DNA of 64,000 nt, taken from Chiloscyllium plagiosum. Its lineage: Eukaryota. Shown here piece after piece: positions 53,781 through 64,000 of the stretch. The stretch lies in NCBI RefSeq assembly GCF_004010195.1, contig NC_057717.1:106455127-106519126 (forward strand), given 5' to 3'. Positions within the stretch are counted from its first letter, which is position 1, and each line of letters starts with the position of its first letter. Below the pieces are notes generated by a model, which was not told the origin of the DNA, ran no database searches, and was given only the letters and a program-made list of their open reading frames with translations. A program made the translations under genes and the position numbers.

Positions 53781-54574
53781 GCATCTCTCTCACTGTTTAG
53801 GTATTTTACTTTTTTAATCTCCTCCGGGGCAATATGGTGGAAATCAAGCCCCGGTGTTCGGGGCATGGCTACAGAAGTTAAAGTTTTTTTTTAAAAGTGT
53901 GCAAAATTCAAGTAAGCAAAAGTCTTTCATTCCCGCTTTACAGTTGGTCAACCCAATAGGCAAATGTGGAAGAGAAGCTACTTGTAGTTGCAGAATCTGT
54001 TGCTTCTTTTCAGCTGTATTTTAATGACGTTGGTTTTAGGATCAGATGGAAACCCTTAATGGATTGCACTCTGGCCGTCATGAAAGATAACCCTATCGAC
54101 ACTGAGCATTCAAAACTCTCTTGGATAGAAGATTTCATAAATTCGCAATCCCTTTAGTAAAGAAATATTTCTTAATCCCAGTAACAGATGGCCAACTTTG
54201 TAATCTAGGACTGAGTCTGTGTCTTTGATTCTACAGCCAGAGGAAACACTTGCTCAGCATCTGCTCCAGAAAGCCTTTCCAAATGTTTTATTTCAATTCA
54301 ATTAGCTCTACTGTAGATTTGGTCTCATCAGTGCTCAATATAACTAGCAATTATGTACCCCCTACTTAGACTAGTTGATAAGAGCCCATGGTAATGTGGA
54401 TAGAGGAATGGCTAACTAATAGAAGTCAGAGAATTACCATTAGGGGAGCCTTTTTGGGATGAAAACCTGTAACGAGTGAAATGTCACAGGGGTTATTGCT
54501 GGGCCACAATTATTTACAATATTTATTAATGACTTGGATGACAAAAGTGAATGTACTAGTATGATAATGCTGAA

Positions 54575-54878
54575 CGGGCGATACAGTGGCTCAGTGGTTA
54601 GTACTGTGTCTCCAAACACCAGAAACTCGGGTTCGATCCCAGCCTTGGGCGACTGTCTGTGTGGAGTTTGCACATTCCCCCCGTGTCTACGTAGGTCTAC
54701 TCCGGGTGCTCCGGTTTCCTCTCACAATCCAAAGATGTGCAGGTTAGGTAAATTACCCATTGTATTCAGGGTAGTGTAGGTTAGAGGTAAATGTAGAGGT
54801 CTGGGTAGGTTACTCTTCAGAGGGTCGGTGTGGACCTGTTGGGCCAAAATGGCCTGTTTCCACACTGTAGGGATTCTT
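54575..54878 (+). mobile_element. HE1-like V-SINE
   Basis: A/B boxes (tggctcagtgg, ggttcgatccc) and V-domain. Confidence 0.85.
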
Positions 54879-55309
54879 TGAAAATTCCCTGCTTTACCTG
54901 TCTTTTAGTCCCAAATTGACAGAGCACAGGCTGCATTTCTGTACCTAGCAAGATACTCTTTATTCCATATAAATATTCTAACGACTGATACACATACAAT
55001 TAATAATTGTTGATACATAAATCTATCAGCTACACCTTTAACCCCTTTATAAAGTGCCCATTCAGACAGAAAGGGAGAAAAACATGTGTGTTATGGGTGA
55101 AGGAAATGATGGGAAGGTTCTTGTTCACAGGTTTGGCTGAAGTGCAGCTTGTCTGTACCTGCTGTTCTATAAGCCCTTTTTCTCATACTACTGAAGGCGG
55201 GTCTCTGCACTCCAAATGTTAACTCTGCTTTCTTTCCATAGATGCTGCCAGACCTGAGTTTCTGCAGTAATTCCTGAATCTGTTCCTAATTTGCAAAATC
55301 TCTCTTCAT

Positions 55310-56670
55310 CCTGGTAACCAAAGAAAACACATGCAACGTGCCTCAATGACTACTGCCTGGTGGCTCTGACCTCCATCACTATGAAATGCTTTGAGAGATT
55401 AGTCTTAGCTCATATTAATTCTAGCCTCCCAACCTGCCTCAATCCCTTGTAATTTGCCCAATGGTGCAACTGGTCCACAGCAGATGCCATCTCCCTAGCC
55501 CTATATCCATCCATAGAACATCTGAATAATAAGAATACCTCTGTCAGGTTTCTACTTATTGACTACAACTCCACCTTCAACACTATCATTACAACCAAAC
55601 TAATCTCAAAACTCCGAAACCCAGGTCTCAGTTCCGCCCTCTGCAATTGGATCCTCAGCTTTCTGACCCACAGACCATAATCAGTGAAGATAGACAATAG
55701 CATCTCCTCCAAGATAATCCTCAACACTGGCACCCTGCAAGAATGCATTCTCAGCCCCTTACTGTCCTCCCTGTACACTCACACTGTGTGGCCAACTCCC
55801 ATCTGAACTCTATCCACAAGTTTGCTGACAACATCACCAATGCAAGCCACATACCAAACAATGACAAGACAGAACACAGCAAAGAGACAAAGTGCTTGGT
55901 GTCATGATGCAATGATACAAATCTCTTCCTCAATGTCACCAAACCCAAAGAGCTGATCATTGACTTCAGGAAACAAGGGGGAGGACATGCGCCTATCTAC
56001 ATCAACAGAGCTGAGGTAGAGATGGTCCGAGATTTTAAGTTCCTAGGAATGATGATCACCAATAATCTGTCCTGGTCAGATATGATGGTTAAGAAGCCAC
56101 AACAACACCTTTTCTCCCTCATGGAGCCTCAGGGGATTTGGTGTGCCCATTAGGACCCTCACCAACCATTATAGTTACACCATAGAAAGTATTCTATTTG
56201 GATGCATAATGGCTTAGTTTGGCAACTGCCCTCCCCAGAACTGTAAGACACTACAGAGAGTTATGTACACATCCCAGTTAATCACACAAACCAACTTTCC
56301 ATCCATTGACTCCATCTACACCTCTCGCTGCCACAGAAAGGCAGATATTATCAAAGACCCTTCCCGCACGACTATAATCTTTTCCAAACTCTTCCTTAAG
56401 GCAGAAAATACAGAAGCGTAAAGACACGTACCAACAGGTTCAAGAACAGCTTCTTCCCTGCTGCTATTAGACTGACGAATGGATCTTTCAAATTTTAAAT
56501 CTAAAGTTGATCTTGCTTTTTGTGCACCCTCTTTACAGCTGGAACCTTGTATTCCTTGCTCTGTTCTATCACTTTGTGATCTTTGTATGGTATGATCCAC
56601 CTGTACTGCACACAAAACAAAACTTTTCACTGTACCTAGTTACACGTGACAATAATAAATCAAATCAAAA
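55310..56670 (+). mobile_element. Rex1/Babar-like LINE, decayed RT
   Basis: [33 protein letters not shown] and KELIIDFRK motifs; aataaatcaaatcaaa tail. Confidence 0.8.
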
Positions 56671-56689
56671 AAATTCATTACTTATTCCT

Positions 56690-58250
56690 GAAGTCCAGAG
56701 ATCATTCTGGAACCTATGTTGTACTCTCTCCAAGGCCAATATACCCTTTCAGGGTGTGGTGCTCAGACTGCTCACAGTTCTATGTTCCTAAACCATGTTG
56801 ACTAATAATCTTGAAATCATGTAATATAGCCATGTCATAATTTCTTTAATAATAGCTTCCAGAATTTTCCCGGTGACAGATGTTAAGCTAACTACCTTGT
56901 TGTTCCCTGCTTTCCATTTTCCTCCCTTTTTGACATTTGCTACATTCAAATCTAATGAGATTTTGCCTGAATCAAGGGAGTTTTCAAATATTAAAAGCAA
57001 AAAATCAACTATCTCACTTGCTACGTTTTTTAAGATGTAGGGATGAAGTCCATCAGAATCTGGGTAGCTGTCGAGAGTGTGGTGCTGGAAAAGCATAGTA
57101 AGTCAGGCAGCACCCAAGGAGCAGGAGAACCAACGTTTCAGGCAAGAGCCAAAAGGCTGATTTGGTTCGGCTGCCTATCTCCATGTCATAACATCTGTAT
57201 AACCTTTTCAATATTTTCTAAGTTTCAATAGGATCACCTCTCAATTTTTGCAACTCTAGAGATCACACACCCAGTTTGTCCAAACTCTCTTCAGCGGACA
57301 GTCCCACTATCCCAGGAACACGTCTGGTGGAATGTAGTTGCACCCTGTCTATAGTAATGATATAGGGAAGGAAACCAAAACTACAGTCTAACCAAGCTCC
57401 GATACAATTAAAGCAAGACTTCACTACTCATGTACACAAATCTCCTTGCAATAAAGACTACCATTCCATTAGCCTTTCTAACAGCTTGCTACTCCTGTAG
57501 GTTGGCCTTCAGTGACTTATTGATAAGGACACCTAGGTGCCTTTATCTATCTACACTTTCCAATCTCTTAGCTTTCTCAAAATACTCTGCACATCTGTTT
57601 CTCCCGCCAAAGTGGATAACCTTATATTTTCCAATTACATTCCATCTGCCATGTTCTTGACCAATCAGGACACCTGTCCAAATCTTCCAGAAGCTGCTTT
57701 ACACCTTCATCCCAACACACATTCCCGCTTTGTTTTGGATCAATATTACATTTCCTCTCCCCCTTGAAATCATTGGTCAAGATTGTGAGCAGCTGGGGCC
57801 AAGTTCTGGTCCTTGTGGTTACCCATCCATCCCAGCTGCCAACATGAGAATGACCCATTTATACCGACTCTCTGTTTCCTGTCTGTTTGCCAATCGGTAA
57901 TCCTTCCCTCCTATCCCATGCATTTTAATCTTTCTAACCAGACTCTTGTAGGGAACCTCATCATAAGTCTTCTGAAAATCTAAATGTATTATGTCTTTTA
58001 ACTCTCCATTATCAATTGTGTTCATAATATCTTTAAAGTTTCCCATTCGCAAATCCATGTTGATCATATCCAAACAAATTATTATCATCCAGGTGTCTAT
58101 TTATCCCATTGCTCATAACAGACTGTGGCATTTTCCTGATTATTGATGTAAGACTAACAGCTGTATGAGTTCCCTGTTTCCTTTCTCTTTAATAGTGGGG
58201 TAACGTATTCTAGCTTTCCATATGCAGGAATCCTTCCTAAACCTATATAA
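56690..58250 (-). mobile_element. Old CR1 fragments
   Basis: DGLHPYILKNVA and LDFQKTYDEVP degenerate motifs. Confidence 0.7.
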
Positions 58251-59099
58251 TCTAAGAATATATAACCATCGTACCCGCTACACCTTGTGGACAATTAAAC
58301 ATCCCTCCACTAATATGGTCGATGTTAATAATGGGAGAACCCAGCACAGCATTCCAAAGACAAAGGCAATTACAAACATATTTTTGGTTGAAAAGCCAGA
58401 ACTTTGTTTTTATTCATTCACAGGATGAGGGCATTACTGGCTAGACCAGCATTTACTGCCGAGCCCAAATTGCCTAGAGAGCAGCTTAGTGTCAACCACA
58501 TTGCTGTGCATCTGGAGTCACATGTTGGCCAAACCAGGTAAGGATTACCTTCCTTGAAGGACATGAATGAACCAGGTGGGATTTTCTGACAATCGGCAAT
58601 GGATTCATGGTCGTCAGTGCACTCTTAAACCCAGATCTTTTTATTGAATTCAAATTGCACCATCTGCCATGGCAGGATTCATACCCAGGTCCCCAGGACA
58701 TTAGGGACATTTAAGTGACTCTTGGATAGGCACATAGATGATAGTACAATGAAGGGTATGGAGGTTACTTTGATCTTAGAATAGGATAAAAGGTCGGCAC
58801 AACATCGAGGGCCCAAGGACTGTGCTGTACTGTTCTATGTTCTATTTCCTGTGTCTCTGAATGAACAGTCCAGCAATACTAGCACTGAACCATTGCCTCC
58901 CGTGCTGAGTGGATGATCCATCTCAGTTGAAACTTTATTGCTGGAACAGCACAGCAGGTCAGGCAGCATCCAGGGAACAGGAGATTCGACGTTTCGGGCA
59001 CAGGCCCTTCTTCAGGAAGATGATCCATCTCAGCCTCCTCCTGAGGTCCCCAGCAACACAAATGGAGTGTTCATTAGATTCACTCCACATAATAACAAG

Positions 59100-60330
59100 A
59101 AATGGTTGGAGCACTACAAAGGTTAAGGCCCTGATAAGGTTGCAGCAATGGTATTGAAGATGTGTGCACCAAAACTTCCTGCACACCTTGCCAAATTGTT
59201 GCTGGATAGCTACGGCACTGACATCACCCAGCAATGAGGAAAATTGCCCAGGTAGGTCCTGTATATAAAAAAGCAGGACAAATCCAACCCGGCCCATGAC
59301 CCTCCTTCAGATCGTCAGAAAATTGATGAAGGGGTTTTCAAAAGTGTGATCAAGTAGCAGCTGTTCAACAATAACCTGTTCAGTGATGCCCAGTTTGGGT
59401 TCCACCAGGGCCACTCAGCTCCTGACCTCATTAAAGCTTTGGTTTCAACATGGACAAAAAAGCTGAATTCCAGAGGGGAGGGGAGAGTGACAGCCCTCGA
59501 CATCAAGGCTGCCTTCAACCGAGTGTGGCATCAAGGAGCCCTAACAAAACTGGAATCAATGGGAGTCAAGGGGCAAACTCTCCACTGATTGTGGTCACAC
59601 CTGACACACAGGAAGAAAGTTGTGGTTGTTGGAGATCAGTCATCTCAGCTCCAGGAGTTCCTCAGAGTAGTATCCTTGGCCCAACCATCTTCAACTGCTT
59701 CATCAATAACTTTCCCTCCATCATAAGGTCAGAAGTGGGGATGTTTACAGACGATTGTGCAATATTCAGCATCATTTGTGACTCATCAGACATTGAAGCA
59801 GTCCATGTTAAAATACAGGGAGAAAGTGAGGACTGCAGATGCTGGAGATCAGAGCTGAAAATGTGTTGCTGGAAAAGCGCAGCAGGTCAGGCAGCATCCA
59901 AGGAGCAGGAGAATCGACGTTTCGGGCATGAGCCCTTCCTAACCTGCAATCTTCTTCCTGACCTCTCCGCCCCCACCCCCACTCCGGCCTATCACCCCCA
60001 CCTTAACCTCCTTCCACCTATCGCATTTCCAATGCCCGTCCCCCAAGTCCCTCCTCCCTACCTTTTATCTCATTCCTGAAGAAGGGCTCATGCCCGAAAC
60101 GTCGATTCTCCATGTTAAAATACAGCAAGCTTTGGACAATATCTAGGTTTGGGCTGACAAGTAATAAGCTTCATTTACACCATACAAGTGCCAGATATTG
60201 ACCATCTCCAACAAGAGAAAATTCAACCATAAACCTTTGACATGCAATGGGTATTACGATGACTGATTCCCCCACTTTCAACATCCTGTGGTTAACATTG
60301 ACCAAAAAGTGAACAAGTCACATCAATACT
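59100..60330 (+). mobile_element. CR1/L2-superfamily LINE RT fragment with a nested Penelope-derived element (59819-60108, 17-bp TSD)
   Basis: LKMCAP, QFGFHQGHS, LDIKAAF and GVPQSSILGP motifs; tccatgttaaaatacag duplicated at 59802-59818 and 60109-60125. Confidence 0.82.
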
Positions 60331-60439
60331 ATTCAAAGAACAAACAGCTGCTGGAAATCTGAAACAAAAAAAACACATTTTTGGAGAAACTCAGTAGGTC
60401 TCCATCTAGGGAGAGAAAGCAGAGTCAATGTTTCCATAA

Positions 60440-62050
60440 GACCATAGGAGCAAATTTGGCCATTTGGCTGATCGAGTCAGCTCCATCATTTGATCATGGC
60501 TGAAATGTTTCTCAACCCCGTTCTCCTGCCTTCTACTCGTAACCCTTGATCCACTTACTAATCACAAAACTATCTACTTTTGTCTTAAATGCAGTGAATG
60601 GCTTAGCCTCCACAGCTTTCTGTGGCAATGAGCTCCACAGATTCACAACCCTCTGGTTACAGAAATTCCTCCTTATCTCAGTTCTAAAGCATCATTCCTT
60701 CACTCTGAGGCCGGTGCCCTCAGGTCCCATTCTCTCCTACTGGTGGAAACATCTTCTCCACGTTCACTCTATCCAGGCCTCTCAGTATTATGTACACTTC
60801 AATGAGATCCCCCTCACCTTTCTAAACTCCATCAGGTACAGATCCATAGTCCTCTTTACTAAAATGCATATCCTCACACTTTCCCACACTATTCCATCTG
60901 CCACTTCTTTGCCCATTCTCCTAGCCTGTCCAAGTACTTCTGCAGCCTCCCTGCTTCCTTAATATTACCTCCCCGCCAAGTGAAAGTGAGGACTGCAGAT
61001 GCTGGAGATTAGAGTCAAGAGTGTAGTGCTGGAAAGGCACAGCAGGTCAGGCAGCATCCAAAGAGCAGAGAATCGACGTTTCGGGCAAAAGCCCTTCAGC
61101 AGGAATGAGCACAGCAGGTCAGGCAGCATCCGAGCTGCAGGAGAGTCAATGTTTCAGGCAAAAGCCCTTCCTGATGAAGGGCTTTTGTCCGAAACATCGA
61201 CTCTTCTGCTCCTTAGATGCTGCCTGACCTGCTGTGTTTTTCCAGCACTATGCTCTCGACTACCTCTCCTGCCACCTATCTTTGTGTCATCTCAAACTTA
61301 GCAACAATGCCCTCAGTTCCATCGTCCAGATCATTAATGTCTAATGTGAATAGCTGTCCCAACACAGAATCTGCGGAACTCCACTGGTCACTGGATGCCA
61401 TCCTGAAAAAGAGCCCTTCCTCCCCTTCTGCCAGTCAGACAATCCTCTGTTCATGCCAGTAACTTGCTGCAACACCATGATTTCTTATCTTGTTTTACAG
61501 ACTCCTGTGCAGCGCCCTGTCAAAGGCCTTTTGGAAATCCAGATAGATCAGGTCCCCTCGCTTGCCTTTGTCTAACTTGCCCGTTACCTCCTCTAAAAAT
61601 TCTAACAAATTTGTCAGGCCTGACCTCTCCTTGACGAAGCTATGCTGACTCAGTCCTACTTGACCATGCACTCTCAAGCACTTTGCAACTCATCCTTAAT
61701 AATGGACTCTAAAACCTTATCAGTCAGGCAACATCTGAGGATCTCTTCGGATGCTGCCTTGACTGGCTGTGCTTTTCCAGCACAACACTCTCCGACTCTA
61801 ATCTCCAGCATCTGTAGTCCTCACTTTCTCCTTCTAAAACCTTACCAATAACTGAGGTCAGGCTATCCAGCTTATAGATTCTGTCTTCTGCCTCCCTCCC
61901 TTATTAAACAGGGGGTGTTACATTTGAACCTTCCAGACTCCAGTGATTCCTGAAAGCTCACCACCAATGCCTCCAGCTATCTCCTTCAGAACTGGTCTGA
62001 GTTATTTATCCACCTTCATACCTTTTGGCTTCCCTAGCACCTTCTCCTTC
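60440..62050 (-). mobile_element. CR1 fragment with nested Penelope-derived elements
   Basis: LTNLLEF..YLDFQKAFD motif; insertions at about 60980-61255 and 61740-61830. Confidence 0.8.
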
Positions 62051-62704
62051 GTGATGGCTATTACACTTCTCTTCCCCCTCACGTCCTTGTTTTGGGTCCA
62101 GTGACCCTTCTTCAGAACTGATTGCAGCATGTCTCTCCTGTTCACTCATCCTAAAAATAAGAAAGGTTTCTGCTTCATGATTTCCACATAGTGATTAGTT
62201 GGCATGATCTCTCTGATTGGCATTACTATGGAGAATGTACCAGGGAACTGCTTTGATTAATTAAAACACCAATGGTGCCTTCTCCTGCAGAGGCCTGGGC
62301 CCTATATATATTTGAATATTGAGTTTCTAGCAAGTATAAGGGAAGCACTTTATGAACCAAACTGATAATAGTGGGTGCAGTCAACTTTCCCAATGTTACA
62401 AGACTCGTAACAGAATGTGTAATGTTCAAGATGGTTCTACAATTGAATAGCACTTGCTGAACAATCCCATGTGCATTGAGAATTCCTATAATAACCAGTT
62501 TAAAATTAACAGTTGAGTTCATAGTGTCATTCACTTAAACCCACTACAAGCTACATCTATTCATCCACAGGGACCTGTATTCTGCAGGAAATAGAAAACT
62601 TCCCTTCAATACTGCACCTTTTTTTATATTAACCTTAATATAACAAATATCAGTAATAACTCCCTTGTGAATTATCCATCACAACACATCAAAGAGTCAA
62701 CTTC

Positions 62705-62995
62705 ATAGAATCACAACAGTGTCCCCATCGAGTCCACAATGACCCTCTGAAGAGCATCCCCCCCCCCCCCCCCCCCCAACCCTATCCCTGCATTTCCCTA
62801 GGCTAATCCACCTAATCTGCACACTATGGTCAATTTTCTGTGCACTGTGGGAGGAAACTGGAGCACCCAGAGGAAACCCACGCAGACACGGGGAGAATGT
62901 ACAAACTCCATGCAGACAAATTACCCGAGGGGGGAATCAAACATGGGTCCCTGGTGCTGTGAGGTAGCAGCACTAACCACTGAGCCACCATGCTT
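62705..62995 (-). mobile_element. HE1-like V-SINE
   Basis: Reverse complement of the tRNA head and V-domain. Confidence 0.8.
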
Positions 62996-63176
62996 CCCTA
63001 CTTGCTAACTAACCCACAACGTTTTCTCACACATCAGAAAACTGCAGACTGAATACATAGTGGGAAACTTTTCAACTCTTTCTTGTGTCTTTAGGCATCC
63101 ATCTCAGAGATAGATGGCTGTGATATTTTTAAGTTCACAGCTTGATTCTGTCAGGAGCACAGCATTCCAAAGGACT

Positions 63177-63815
63177 AAGTTAAAAATCACACAACACCAG
63201 GTTATAGTCCAACAGGTTTATTTGGAAGCACTAGCTTTCGGAGCGACGCTCCTTCATCAGGTGATTGTGGAGAATAAGATTGTAAGACAGAATTTATAGC
63301 AAAAGTTTACAGTGTGATGTAACTGAAATATTATATTGAAAAAGACCTGGATTGTTTGTTCAAAAACTGCATGAATCCGTCTAAGATTCTGTAAATCTGT
63401 TTTTTAGATTAGAATCAGTCTGACCATTGTGGCACAGACAGCCTCACACAGGGAGCTAACACCCTCAATACATTATCTGGGCCGGCATGACACTGTTGTT
63501 AAAATTCACTTGAGAATGTAACTTTTAAAAAAAAAATGTGATTTACGTATGAAAGAACTGGAACCAACATGTTCATTCTAAAAGATGAGAGACTTAACAA
63601 ACAATCCAGGTCTTTTTCAATATAATATTTCAGTTACGTCACACTGTAAACTTTTGCTATAAATTCTGTATCTTACAATCTTATTCTCCACAATCACCTG
63701 ATGAAGGAGCATCGCTCCGAAAGCTAGTGCTTCCAAATAAACCTGTTGTACTATAACCTGGTGTTGGCTGATTTTTAATTTTGTACACCCCAGTCCACCA
63801 CCAGTGTGTCTAAAT
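63177..63815. mobile_element. Penelope-derived element with ~185-bp inverted repeats and a 14-bp TSD
   Basis: 63177-63360 is the reverse complement of about 63596-63781; cattccaaaggact at 63163-63176 and 63816-63829. Confidence 0.85.
63695..63729 (+). ncRNA. Minimal hammerhead ribozyme motif (Penelope type)
   Basis: cac-CTGATGA-a-ggagc-atc-gctcc-GAA-AGCT-A-gtg: intact core, stems I and II, palindromic stem III. Confidence 0.65.
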
Positions 63816-64000
63816 CATTCCAAAGGACTGGCATTCTTTTACCTACACAATGTATTTGTCTGAGTTTAGCTGAACCCGGCCTTCCCAGTTCTCTCTATAG
63901 ATTTCTGTTGTTGATGGCTGTATCTTTTCATCGACATCATAGAGGTCAGCTATGCACTGGCTCCCTTACATTCTCTGTAAATCTTACCTATTATCTGTTG

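Noticed and set aside
59450..60079. 209-aa ORF
   Set aside because: Chimera of a frameshifted LINE RT fragment and a nested repeat.
53100..64000. Search for the gene B signal-peptide exon
   Set aside because: No convincing ATG-hydrophobic phase-1 exon found by eye; it probably lies beyond the window.

Overview
Repeat-rich vertebrate DNA whose repeat content (CR1 LINEs, HE1/V-type and Deu-type SINEs, Penelope-derived elements) points to a cartilaginous fish, probably a shark; this is inference. The non-repeat sequence holds two tandem minus-strand ICAM/VCAM-like immunoglobulin-superfamily genes, assembled here by hand from phase-1 exons. Gene A (about 35774 to 12793) has a signal exon with a GC donor, Ig D1, D2, a repeat-truncated D3, D4, a D5 with an in-frame stop, D6 and a TM/cytoplasmic exon, and there is a second splice-compatible TM exon at 4896-5050. 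Gene B (53072 to 44935; signal exon not found) has D1, D2, one membrane-proximal Ig domain and a TM/cytoplasmic exon. The two D2 exons are about 94% identical in nucleotides with a sharp drop at the splice sites, while the ligand-binding D1 domains are only about 28% identical in amino acids (hand counts). Many Penelope-derived repeats carry minimal hammerhead-ribozyme motifs. Exon coordinates were read manually; repeat boundaries are approximate.
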